A stretch of 64,000 bases of DNA from the NCBI GenBank assembly GCA_002269645.1, contig NIVC01001304.1, forward strand, positions 1 through 64,000. The letters run 5' to 3'. Positions within the stretch are counted from its first letter, which is position 1, and the number at the start of each line of letters is the position of its first letter. The notes under the pieces are model-generated. The model did no database searches, had not been told where the DNA came from, and saw nothing but the letters and a program-made list of their open reading frames with translations. The stretch is from Macrostomum lignano (taxonomy: Eukaryota). The position numbers were made by a program, and so were the translations under genes. Shown here piece by piece: positions 9,369 through 33,035 of the stretch.

Positions 9369-10499
9369 ATGACTCAGACAGAGGGTTCGTCTCTGCCTCA
9401 GTTGCACACGAGCAGCTGCCTCAACCATTCGACGCTGTCGGTGAGCAACGACAGCTTTGTGCCAATCCGGCCCAGCCTCCAGGAGTTCTGGCTGGTCACC
9501 AGCTACTGCCTCAGCCTGCTGGTGGTGCTGACGAACTCGGCGGTGCTGGTGGTGGTGTCCCGCAGCCCCAGCCTCCACCGAGCCGCCTACGCCTTCATCT
9601 GCAACCTGGCCGCCTGCGACCTCATCTACGGTCTCTGCTACGCCTTCTTCGCCTCGGCCGCGCATTTCCGCCAGCTGGGCGGCAGCTTCACCGTCTGCCG
9701 CCTCGCCCTGGCCAGCTTCTACGCCTCCATCGGCTGTTCAACCGTCGGCATCACCCTCATCGCGAGCGAGCGCTTTGTTGCCATCCGCTACCCCATCGCT
9801 TACGGTCGGCTGGCCACCCGTTCGGCCGTGTCCGCCAGCATCGCCGTCGCCTTGGCGCTCGTCGTCGGCCCGGTGACAGCTGCCGTGTTCCTCTCGGCCA
9901 GGCAACCGCCGTATTACCCTCACCTGGTTGGCTGCGTCACCCAGCATCTGCTGCCCACCTGGGCTCTGGTGCTTGCCTCCGCGCACATTGCCCTGGCGCA
10001 GACCGTGGCCACCTGCTGCTACCTGTCCGTGTTCCGCATCGCCAGGCTGCAGCGGCTCAGCGCCAAGCGCCAGATGGGCCAGCGGGCGGGCCGCGTCGCT
10101 CGCAGCTGGCAGCTGACCGTCTCCATCGGGCTGCTCATCGTTCTGTTCTACTTCTTCTGGATTCCCACCTGGGCGCTGCAGCTCTACCGACTGACCGTGC
10201 CGGATACCTCGGCCTCGCTGACCCTCGCCTACTTCAGCGCCTGCTTCTCCACGCTGAACAGCATAGTGAACATCTTCGTCTACTGGCTGCGCACCAGAGA
10301 GTTCCAGCTGGCCGTGAAGCGACTGCTGCTGGGTGGCGAGGCCCGGAGGCGCCGCTCCACTGCTCAGCGGCAGCCGCAGTTGGGCGGCTCCGCCAGGGCC
10401 AGCGTTGCTACAGTCGCCTCCATGATGGAGTCCTCCGCGGATGCCGCTGCTGCCGCTGCCGAATCAGTGAAGGGAAATTTTGTTGCTACTAAACTCTGA
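9369..10499 (+). CDS. Intronless orphan class A (rhodopsin-like) GPCR
   Basis: Seven hydrophobic segments: TM1 N, TM2 NLAACD, ERF in place of DRY, TM6 FWIP, TM7 NIFVY. N-terminal sequons NHS and NDS. ATG 9369 is preferred over the upstream in-frame start at 9201. Confidence 0.92.
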   Translation: MTQTEGSSLPQLHTSSCLNHSTLSVSNDSFVPIRPSLQEFWLVTSYCLSLLVVLTNSAVLVVVSRSPSLHRAAYAFICNLAACDLIYGLCYAFFASAAHFRQLGGSFTVCRLALASFYASIGCSTVGITLIASERFVAIRYPIAYGRLATRSAVSASIAVALALVVGPVTAAVFLSARQPPYYPHLVGCVTQHLLPTWALVLASAHIALAQTVATCCYLSVFRIARLQRLSAKRQMGQRAGRVARSWQLTVSIGLLIVLFYFFWIPTWALQLYRLTVPDTSASLTLAYFSACFSTLNSIVNIFVYWLRTREFQLAVKRLLLGGEARRRRSTAQRQPQLGGSARASVATVASMMESSADAAAAAAESVKGNFVATKL

Positions 10500-10907
10500 C
10501 AGATGCTCCGTAGTTTATGCAGAGGATGGCTGAAAGCCGCACAATCATGAAAATTTATTTGAAGAGATGAGCTCAGTGGTCCTTGCATTCCCATAACTCG
10601 TTGTACTGTGCAAGTCCATTACAAAATCCAAATAGCCCCGACTAGCTACTTGCTAAAAGTACGCTCGTAGTACGAATAGCACCCGCAGTTCCTAAAACTG
10701 CCTGTCCGCCACTGTTAAACATGAACTGCAACTGCAGACCTGATTCGCCAGGTCGCTCTCAATGCATTTCCACACTAATTAAAATGCCCAGCGGGGGAAA
10801 TTGCGCAAAACTTTCTTGATTTTGCTGCGATCGATGCGTTTTTGAGTTGTATTTCCTGACACGGAAGCCTCGGATTTTCTGGCAGGTTTAACACGGCCGC
10901 CATGTTG

Positions 10908-11117
10908 GTTACTGCAGCCTGACTAGTAGCTAACTGCAGCCTGACTAGTAGCTTACTGCAGCCTGACTAGTTGCTTACTGCAGCCTGACTAGTAGCTTAC
11001 TGCAGCCTGACTAGTAGCTTACTGCAGCCTGACTAGTAGCTTACTGCAGCCTGACTAGTAGCTTACTGCAGCCAGACTAGTAGCTTACTGCAGCCTGACT
11101 AGTAGCTTACTGCAGCC
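10908..11117. repeat. 22-bp minisatellite (ACTGCAGCCTGACTAGTAGCTT)
   Basis: About 9 tandem units read directly. Confidence 0.95.
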
Positions 11118-11285
11118 TGCAGTACTAGGATCCAAGGAGCGTTTACAGTGTAGTCCTAGATGTGGCAGGGGAAATTTCAATCTAGGAGCAGTTCTAACAT
11201 CTTTGTATCAATTGTGACACTGCGCTATCACAGCACGACAGCATGACTCGATAGGGGGTCCTGGTTTAATCTCAATTTTTAGCTC

Positions 11286-11590
11286 ACCACTCTTGCATAG
11301 CTTACAGATCCTCAGCACTCTTGCATAGCTTACAGATCCTCAGCACTCTTGCATAGTTTACAGATCCTCAGCACTCTTGCATAGTTTACAGATCCTCAGC
11401 ACTCTTGCATAGCTTACAGATCCTCAGCACTCTTGCATAGCTTACAGATCCTCAGCACTCTTGCATAGCTTACAGATCCTCATCACTCTTGCATAGCTTA
11501 CAGATCCTCAGCACTCTTGCATAGCTCACAGATCCTCAGCACTCTTGCATAGCTCACAGACCCTCAGCACTCTTGCATAGCTCACAGACC
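11286..11590. repeat. 28-bp minisatellite (CAGATCCTCAGCACTCTTGCATAGCTTA)
   Basis: About 11 tandem units read directly. Confidence 0.95.
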
Positions 11591-11962
11591 CAACACACTG
11601 ATCAACTGGCATTTAGATATAAAAGTAGCATAATGAACTTATCTAACAAGCATCTATTCTGCTGACACATTCTAGAAGCGCTAGCTATAGGAGAGCGCCT
11701 TCGATTTCCCCCTGGTCTCGCCTCCACCCTGTGCACCGGTCTGAAAACTGCGGCTCCTCTGCCCCCCCGCGCACAGCTCAGATAAGCTCAGCAGAGCCCG
11801 CAGCACTTCCTGCCAGCTCAGGCGCAGGCCCACTGGGTTCGCACGCAGCCCCAGGTGATAAGCTGCGCAAGGCACCCTTTTTCTGCCCGCAGCTTAGCAG
11901 TCCAGCGGCAGAGCCAGGCAGAGCTTCAGATCCGAAAGCGAGCAAGGCGCGCCTCAGCAACC

Positions 11963-13558
11963 ATGACTGACCCCTTTTTGTTGGACCAGAGGGAGGTGGA
12001 GTTGACCCTGCACCGGCTGGAGGAGGCCGTCTCGGTGTGGAGGACTATGCAGAAGGAGAGGCGGACCGACTTCAGCGACTCGCTTGAGTACGAGCTGCAG
12101 GGGGTCGAGAGTGAGTCCTGACTGGGTCAAAGTGGGTTGAGGGAGGGTAATAGGGATTGGGGCGAGAGTGAATCATGGGGATTGGGGCGAGAGTGAATCA
12201 TGGGATTGGGGCGAGAGTGAGTCATGGGGATTGGGGCGAGAGTGAATCATGGGGATTGGGGCGAGAGTGAATCATGGGATTGGGGCGAGAGTGAATCATG
12301 GGATTGGGGCGAGAGTGAGTTATGGGAATTGGGGCGAGAGTGAGTTATGGGAATTGGGACGAGAGTGAGTCATGGGATTGGGGCGAGAGTGACGAGTCAT
12401 GGGGATTGTGTTGAGGGTGGGTCATTGGAACTGGGTGGAGGGTGGGTCATTGGGATTGGGTTAAGGGTGGGTCATTGGAACTGGGTGGAGGGTGGATCAT
12501 TGGGATTGGGTTAAGGGTGGGTCATTGGAACTGGGTGGAGGGTGGGTCATTGGAACTGGGTGGAGGGTGGGTCATTGGGATTGGGTTAAGGGTGGGTCAT
12601 TGGAACTGGGTGGAGGGTGGGTCATTGGGATTGGGTTAAGGGTGGGTCATTGGAACTGGGTGGAGGGTGGGTCATTGGGATTGGGTTAAGGGTGGGTCAT
12701 TGGAACTGGGTGGAGGGTGGATCATTGGGATTGGGTTAAGGGTGGGTCATTGGAACTGGGTGGAGGGTGGGTCATTGGGATTGGGTGGAGGGTGGGTCAT
12801 TGGAACTGGGTGGAGGGTGGGTCATTGGAACTGGGTGGAGGGTGGGTCATTGGGATTGGGTGGAGGGTGGGTCATAGGGATTGGGGGGGGGGGCAGGTGC
12901 TCAAAATCAAACGGAATTCCTGTTCACCCCAGGCAGCATCAGGAACGGGATCCGGGACGTGAAGTGGAGCCTGGAGGACCTGGAGGAGACGCTGAAGCTG
13001 ATGTCGCAGAACAACGGCCGCTTCGTGACCTCCGAGGACCTTGCCGCTCGGCGCAAATTCCTGGAGGAGTCTCGAAAGACTCTCGCCGATGTGGAGTTCG
13101 AGGTCAGCAGCCCCTCGCTGGACGCGGTGATCAGCGGGAAGCTGCAGCAGCAGCAGGAGGTGGCAGAGGCACCCGCGGACATCAGCTCAGCTGAGCCCGA
13201 GCAGGTGTCGCTGCTCAGGGCCGACTCCGAAGAGCAGGTGGTGTTCAGCAAAACCGAGTTTGCTTCCAGACTGCAGCCGAGTCAGCAGCGAAAGCCGGTG
13301 GACACCATGGTGTCTGTGAACCTGGACACCGTCAGGGACCTCGTGGAGCCGCCAAGAGGCCACCGGGGCTTCGGGGCCGCGGCTCGTTGGCTGTCCCGGT
13401 ACCGCTGCTGGCTGCTCCTCCTGCTGCTGGTGGCCTTCTTCCTCTTGCTGGTGCTGATGAAGGCGCTGTCCAGGCGGGCCAGTGTGGATGGCTTGGCCAG
13501 CACCGAGACGCCAGCGACCACCACCGAGTGCCCGATCGACAGCTTTGACTGCCTGTAG
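11963..13558 (+). CDS. Syntaxin-6 N-terminal (Habc) domain protein with C-terminal TM, 2 exons, 257 aa
   Basis: join(11963-12110,12933-13558), GT-AG, phase-consistent, 774 nt. MTDPF...EV...IRDVKWSLEDLEETL...F...DLAARRKFL matches the syntaxin-6/10/Tlg1 N-domain; TM WLLLLLLVAFFLLLVLM. Confidence 0.85.
12141..12880. repeat. Two adjacent intronic minisatellites (24-25-bp GATTGGGGCGAGAGTGA(A/G)TCATGG; 25-bp GGTGGGTCATTGG... variants)
   Basis: Tandem units fill the intron of the syntaxin-6-like gene. Confidence 0.93.
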
Positions 13559-13604
13559 CTGCCTGCCGGCACCGCTGCGCCTGTCGCTCTGTAGCCTGGT
13601 GGCA

Positions 13605-14270
13605 TCTGGTGTGACAGAGCGTGTTGTCTGGAGTGACAGAACTGATGGTGTCGGAGTGAAAGAGTTGGTTGTGTCTGGAGTGACAGAGCTGATGGTGTCG
13701 GAGTGACAGAGTTGGTTGTGTCTGGAGTGACAAAGCTTATGGTGTCGGAGTGACAGAGTTGGTTGTGTCTGGAGTGACAGAGCTGGTGGTGTCTGGAGTG
13801 ACAGAGCGTGTTGTCTGGAGTGACAGAACTGATGGTGTCGGAGTGAAAGAGTTGGTTGTGTCTGGAGTGACAGAGCTGATGGTGTCGGAGTGACAGAGTT
13901 GGTTGTGTCTGGAGTGACAAAGCTTATGGTGTCGGAGTGACAGAGTTGGTTGTGTCTGGAGTGACAGAGCTGGTGGTGTCTGGAGTGACAGAGCTGGTGG
14001 TGTCTGGAGTGACAGAGTTGGTTGTGTCTGGAGTGACAGAGTTGGTTGTGTCTGGAGTGACAGAGCTGGTGGTGTCGGAGTGACGGAGTTGGTGGTGTCG
14101 GAGTGACAGAGCTGGTGGTGTCGGAGTGACGGAGTTGGTGGTGTCGGAGTGACGGAGTTGGTGGTGTCGGAGTGACAGAGCTGATGGTGTCTGAAGTGAC
14201 AGAGCTGATGGTGTCTGGAGTGACAGAGCTGATGGTGTCTGGAGTGACAGAGCTGGTGGTGTCTGGAATG
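13605..14270. repeat. 23-24-bp minisatellite (GGAGTGACAGAGCTGGTGGTGTCT)
   Basis: Tandem units directly downstream of the syntaxin-like stop codon. Confidence 0.93.
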
Positions 14271-14685
14271 TTGCATTGGCTGCCGTTAGGAGTGAAAGAT
14301 TCGAGGACATCTTAGTTGATGGACTCAAACTTTTACTCATGAGCTACAAGTTACAATTTACTCTGAAAGCGTGATCTGAGTCGGCATAATTTCATGCACC
14401 TGTGATTTGTAAAGCTTTGCATTTTAACCCCCTGCCTATTGCCAACGCTACTCGTAGTTCAAAGTAGTTCCGAACTCAACAAGCCCTCCCAATAAAATTT
14501 TGCACCTGTCAGCACGTGTCACCTTTGTCTGGGTCTGACTCACTTCCTTCAAAACTAAACTTCAGCGTCATTTTTAGTTCAAAATCAAAATAAAACTACT
14601 ATGAGTAGTAGGCATGTAGTGTGATAAAAAAATGCTAGTATTGTCGAATTCTTAGGTTGCGATTTACTTTTTCTGGCGCCAGAGT

Positions 14686-15362
14686 TGGCGCAAACCGAGT
14701 AGTCAATCTGGCGCAAACCGAGTAGTCAATCTGGCGCCAACCGAGTAGTCAATCTGGCGCCAACCGAGTAGTCAATCTGGCGCCAACCGAGTAGTCAATC
14801 TGGCGCCAACCGAGTAGTCAATCTGGCGCAAACCGAGTAGTCAACCTGGCGCCAACCGAGTAGTCAATCTGGCGCAAACCGAGTAGTCAACCTGGCGCCA
14901 ACCGAGTAGTCAACCTAGCGCCAATCGAGTAGTCAATATGGCGCCAATCGAGTAGTCAATATGGCGCCAATCGAGTAGTCAATATGGCGCCAATCGAGTA
15001 GTCAATATGGCGCCAATCGAGTAGTCAATATGGCGCCAATCGAGTAGTCAATATGGCGCCAATCGAGTAGTCAATATGGCGCCAATCGAGTAGTCAATAT
15101 GGCGCCAACCGAGTAGTCAACCTGGCGCCAGTCTAGTAGTAAATCTGGCGCCAACCGAGTAGTCAATATGGCGCCAACCGAGTAGTCAATATGGCGCCAA
15201 CCGAGTAGTAAATCTGGCGCCAACCGAGTAGTAAATCTGGCGCCAATCGAGTAGTCAATCTGGCGCCAGTCGAGTAGTCAATCTGGCGCCAGTCGAGTAG
15301 TCAATCTGGCGCCAGTCGAGTAGTCAATCTGGCGCCAGTCGAGTAGTCAATCTGACGCCAAT
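14686..15362. repeat. 23-bp minisatellite (GGCGCCAACCGAGTAGTCAATCT)
   Basis: About 29 units, with variants clustered in blocks. Confidence 0.95.
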
Positions 15363-16019
15363 CGAGTTAGTGTAGTGAACGCTGACCGGCTAACCTGAGT
15401 CGGGTTCGGCAGCGCTATCAGTGCTTAATTAAAGTTTTGCAAGCAATCTACTTTACAAGCAGAGGGCCTGCGACCCTCAGCTGTGCCTGGAAACCGCTGG
15501 AAGGAATGCGACTGGCATCGAGTCCTATGAATACTGATCAGCATTGGTAAATTAACTCACGGCTATAAATAGTACCGAGCAGGTGCAGGCAAATTAAGAT
15601 AGCATATTTTTGTAAAGAGCAGCCCAATCAAACTCCATAATTTAAGCTCGCAGGCAATGATAAGTTGAGTCAACATGAGCACGGCCGGTCCCTGAGAGGT
15701 GAGCAGATTAGAATTCATTTTAGCTACTGTTGAGGCTCTTAACTGAGAAATGCATTCCCACTGCTCAGCTCTGCTAAAGGCTATGCGCGACTAAAAAATA
15801 GTCTCAGTTGAGGCAAATTATGCTTTTTAATGAAACAGAATTTTTAGTTGGACTGCAGCAGCAGAGTTGACGCTGCCTCATGACAGCTGGATGCGACAGA
15901 TGACTTATTGAGTTGCGAGAAGCGTTGTGAGAGACGCGCCAGCTGCCATGCAGGGAGCAACTATTGCTGTCAGATGGTCAGAGCACTGCTCACCTGCTTG
16001 TCTGCCTAGCAGCTCACGA

Positions 16020-16507
16020 GTGCACATCTCACATCTCACATCTCACAGCTCACAGCTCACATCTCACAGCTCACATCTCACGGCTGACATCCCACAGCTC
16101 ACATCTCACAGCTGACATCCCACATCTCACATCTCACAGCTGAAATCTCACAGCTCACATCTCACAGCTCACATCTCACAGCTCACATCTCACAGCTCAC
16201 ATCTCACAGCTCACATCTCACAGCTCACATCTCACAGCTCACATCTCACAGCTCACATCTCACAGCTCACATCTCACAGCTCACATCTCACAGCTCACAT
16301 CTCACAGCTCACATCTCACAGCTCACATCTCACAGCTCACATCTCACAGCTCACATCTCACAGCTCACATAACACAGCTGACATCTCACAGCTCACATCT
16401 CACAGCTCACATCTCACAGCTCACATCTCACAGCTCACATCTCACAGCTCACATCTCACAGCTCACATCTCACAGCTCACAGCTGACATCTCACAGCTGA
16501 CATCTCA
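16020..16507. repeat. 14-bp minisatellite (TCACAGCTCACATC)
   Basis: Near-perfect tandem run. Confidence 0.95.
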
Positions 16508-16887
16508 TAGCCCAAAGTTTACAGCTGGCTGCCAGCTGCCTACCAGGGGATTATTGATCACATGAAAGGCAGCCATTCGTGATTTCGCCTGTTGATCAGC
16601 CCCCCGCAGCCCAGTTGATTGCGGAGTTCCGGGCGCCCCGGACACGCCGGAAAGTGAGTTGACGGCGGAAGACATCAGAAAATGCAGTTTATGCAGCAGA
16701 TCCGCTCGCATCCGGTGTGTCTTCTAGCTGTGCATCCGGGATCCCTGCCCCACTTCAGCGCTGCTCCCTTCCAGACCGCTCATGGTTGGCTGCTGGGCTT
16801 CCCCATTGACTTTTGCTGCTTCAATTGGATGCTGAACTCTCCATCCATGCTTTATTTGGCTGCTCATGGCTTACTATGGTTTACTGT

Positions 16888-17595
16888 GATTCTCCTCCGC
16901 GATTCTCCTCCGCGATTCTCCTTCGCGATTCTCCTCCGCGATTCTCCTTCGCGATTCTCCTTCGCGATTCTCCTCCGCGATTCTCCTTCGCAGCTGAGCC
17001 GGTAGGCATCGGAAGAACTGAACTGTGAGTGCTGTGTGCTGCACACGGACTGCGGCTTGACTGCTGCCTCCCCTCTCTCCATCTCTACCATCTGTCCCAC
17101 CTCTCTCCATCTCTACCATCTGTCCCACCTCTCTCCATCTCTACCATCTGTCTCACCTCTCTCCATCTCTACCATCTGTCTCACCTCTCTCCATCTCTAC
17201 CATCTGTCCCACCTCTCTCCATCTCTACCATCTGTCCCACCTCTCTCCATCTCTACCATCTGTCTCACCTCTCCTCTATCTCTCCCCTCTCTCCTCCTAT
17301 CTCTCTCCGATCTCCTCTAGCTCTCCACTCTCTCCTCTATCTCTCCCCCTATTTCCTCTATCTCTCCCCTATCCAATTTATCCGACCCTCTATCTCCTCT
17401 CTCTCCCCTATCTCCTCTATCTCTCCCCTATCTCCTCTCTCTCCCCTATCTCCTCTATCTCTCCCCCTATCCGATCTATCTCCCCCTCTATCTCCTCTAT
17501 CCCTCCTATCTCCTCTATCTCCCCCCTGTATCTCATCGACCTCTTCCTCCCCCTCCATCTCCCTTAATCCCTTTCTCTCCTTCTCCTCCCCATCT
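16888..17595. repeat. Pyrimidine-rich repeats: 13-bp CTCCGCGATTCTC, 28-bp CTCTCTCCATCTCTACCATCTGTCCCAC and CT-rich low complexity
   Basis: Read directly. Confidence 0.85.
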
Positions 17596-18045
17596 CTCCC
17601 TGTGTGTGGGCTCTGTGGGCAGTGAATTGCGGAGCCTCATCAAAGATTTTCCCTAAAGAAGCAGCCACCGAATTCGCCCGCAGACCCGATTCCTCCATGG
17701 CGTCCAAAGCCAGTAACAAGAAAGGTCGCTCACCGCCCGTCAACATCCCGCTGGCAGAGCTGGAGTCTGGCGGCAAGTGCGGAAGTGAGGACAAAGCTTT
17801 ACTTCTGGTCCTTCTCTGCCCCTCAGCTCGCATCTGTTCGAAGAACTTCGCCTGCGTGTGCCCAGTAAAATGGGAGATTTTGGGAGTCAGAGAGCTGGGT
17901 TTCCCAATAGCCCAGGCAGTGGGATATTCATTCGGGCCAATCAGAGCACAAGTCGAATAGAAATAAGAGAATTCATATTTCTTCTGGGCACTGTTGCAGA
18001 AAAAGAATGGCTGAAAGCTTGAAAATTCGAGAGGAATCTGCAGGC

Positions 18046-19182
18046 TCAGGTGAGTGACAGAGATGAGTAGGGTGAGTGACAGAGATGAGCAGGGTGAGTG
18101 ACAGGGATCAACAGGGTGAGTGACAGAGATGAGCAGGGGGAGTGACAGAGATGAGCAGGGTGAGTGACAGAGATGAGCAGGGTGAGTGACAGAGATGAGC
18201 AGGGTGAGTGACAGAGATGAGCAGGGTGAGTGACAGAGATGAGCAGGGTGAGTGACAGAGATGAGCAGGGTGAGTGACAGAGATGAGCAGGGTGAGTGAC
18301 AGAGATCAACAGGGTGAGTGACAAGTTGAGCAGGGTGAGTGACAAGTTGAGCAGGGTGAGTGACAGAGATGAGCAGGGGGAGTGACAGAGATGAGCAGGG
18401 TGAGTGACAGAGATGAGCAGGGTGAGTGACAGAGATGAGCAGGGTGAGTGACAGAGATGAGCAGGGTGAGTGACAGAGATGAGCAGGGTGAGTGACAAGT
18501 TGAGCAGAGTGAGTGACAGAGATGAGCAGGGTGAGTGACAGAGATGAGCAGGGTGAGTGACAGAGATGAGCAGGGTGAGTGACAGAGATGAGCAGGGTGA
18601 GTGACAGAGATGAGCAGGTTGAGTGACAGAGATCAACAGGGTGAGTAACAGAGATGAGCAGGGTGAGTGACAGAGATGAGCAGGGTGAGTGACAGAGATG
18701 AGCAGGGTGAGTGACAGAGATGAGCAGGGTGAGTGACAGAGATGAGCAGGGTGAGTGACAGAGATGAGCAGAGTGAGTGACAGAGATGAGCAGGGTGAGT
18801 GACAGAGATGAGCAGGGTGAGTGACAGAGATGAGCAGGGTGAGTGACAGAGATGAGCAGGGTGAGTGACAGAAATGAGCAGGGTGAGTGACAGAGATGAG
18901 CAGGGTGAGTGACAGAGATGAGCAGGGTGAGTGACAGAGATGAGCAGGGTGAGTGACAGAAATGAGCAGGGTGAGTGACAGAGATGAGCAGGGTGAGTGA
19001 CAGAGATGAGCAGGGTGAGTGACAAGTTGAGCAGAGTGAGTGACAGAGATGAGCAGGGTGAGTGACAGAGATGAGCAGGGTGAGTGACAGAGATGAGCAG
19101 GGTGAGTGACAGAGATGAGCAGGGTGAGTGACAGAGATGAGCAGGGTGAGTGACAGATTTTAGCAGGGTGAGTGACAGAGAT
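18046..19182. repeat. 22-bp minisatellite (CAGGGTGAGTGACAGAGATGAG), about 50 units
   Basis: Read directly. Confidence 0.96.
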
Positions 19183-19493
19183 GTCTACCACTTGAAACCA
19201 AAATACTCGGTTGAATTCAAAATCGGCGTTGCACTCTGGCATCCAGCATCATTGGCTAGACATCGCCAAGAACCACTAGCATATAAGTTAAGTAGTCCTT
19301 GGACATCGCATTAGCAAATTATTCCGCAGCTCAGCTCTGCTGTTGTTGGCCAACCAGCCCCCCCCTCCCTTCAACACCCGAGCGCAACTGTCGGGTCCGC
19401 TGGGAGAGTCGATAATTGAGCAAATCGACTTCTAGTCCCGGGCTCGGATTCCCCGCAGGGGATGCAACCGGCTGCAATCGGTTTGAACCAGGG

Positions 19494-31578
<12,085 letters not shown>

Positions 31579-31699
31579 GCGGCGCGTTTTGCGCAATTGC
31601 AGTGTGACGGAACTTTTGATCGCTGATTTTACTTTTCCCTGAGGAGGGAGGCGAAGCGGTCTATATGGCTGGTTCCTTGGTGTGCTGAGTGAGAAATTT

Positions 31700-32610
31700 C
31701 CCCAGTGTCTAGTGAGAAATTCCCCTAGTGTCGAGAGAGGGAGATATTCCCCTAGTGTCGAGAGAGGGAGATATTCCCCTAGTGCCGAGAGAGGGAGATA
31801 TTCCCCTAGTGCCAGGTGAGATATTGCTCTAGTTTCGAGTGAGATATTCCTCTAGTGTCTAGGGAGATATTCCCCTAGTGTCGAGTGAGATATTCCCCTA
31901 GTGTCGAGAGAGGGAGATATTCCCCTAGTGCCGAGAGAGGGAGATATTCCCCTAGTGCCGGGTGAGATATTGCTCTAGTTTCGAGTGAGATATTCCTCTA
32001 GTGTCTAGTGAGATATTCCTCTAGTGTCGAGTGAGATATTCCCCTAGTGTCGAGAGAGGGAGATATTCCCCTAGTGCCGAGAGAGGGAGATATTCCCCTA
32101 GTGCCAGGTGAGATATTGCTCTAGTTTCGAGTGAGATATTCCTCTAGTGTCTAGTGAGATATTCCCCTAGTATCGAGTGAGATATTGCCCCAGTATCGAG
32201 TGAGATATTCCCCTAGTGTCGAGAGAGGGAGATATTCCCCTAGTGCCGGGTGAGATATTGCTCTAGTTTCGAGTGAGATATTCCTCTAGTGTCTAGTGAG
32301 ATATTCCCCTAGTGTCGAGTGAGATATTCCCCAGTATCGAGTGAGATATTGCCCCAGTATCGAGTGAGATATTCCCCTAGTGTCGAGAGAGGGAGATATT
32401 CCCCTAGTGCCGGGTGAGATATTGCCCTAGTTTCGAGTGAGATATTCCCCTAGTGTCGAGTGAGATATTACCCCAGTATCGAGTGAGATATTCCCCTAGT
32501 TTCGAGTGAGATACTCCCATAGTGTGAGTGAGATATTCCCCTAGTTTCGAGTGAGAAATACCCCAGTATCGAGTGACATATTCCCCCAGTGTCGAGTGAG
32601 AAATACCCCG
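31700..32610. repeat. 23-27-bp minisatellite (GAGATATTCCCCTAGTGTCGAGT) with higher-order blocks
   Basis: Read directly. Confidence 0.92.
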
Positions 32611-33035
32611 CGTCTAAGTTTTCCATTTCGCAGATAGGAAATTCGTCGTCAGGAATGGGAGCTCACATTATTATTCGTTTGTAAGAACACTCCAACAAGT
32701 GAGGCTTGGAGATCCCAGAGCTTCTATCAACTGAGAAATTCCCCATATGATGCAAGCTGCACGACCGCTAAGTCTCTCGTACAGCGAGAGTCCAAACAGA
32801 GAGTTGTTGCCTAAATTGTTAAATTTTTCTACGAAAGAATCAATAAAACAGACGGGTTAGCGGCGGATGTCACTTTGCATGAGTCAGTAGATGCAGCAGT
32901 CTACTGGGAAATTTCGCACGAAATGCACTAAAAATCTATGAAATTTTTAATTTGTTATGATGAGACGGCTTTAGATATTTTAAACAGCGGCATTTTGAGA
33001 TAACGAGTTGACAGCAGTGGATACCTATGCCGCGT

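Noticed and set aside
9092-10492. 466-aa plus-strand ORF overlapping the GPCR
   Set aside because: Alternative frame kept open by high GC3; only the 9201/9369 frame has 7TM motifs.
16505-17960. Short GC-rich ORFs between repeats as exons of an extra gene
   Set aside because: No recognisable domain and no consistent splice chain; they may be 5' exons of the K2P gene but this cannot be supported.
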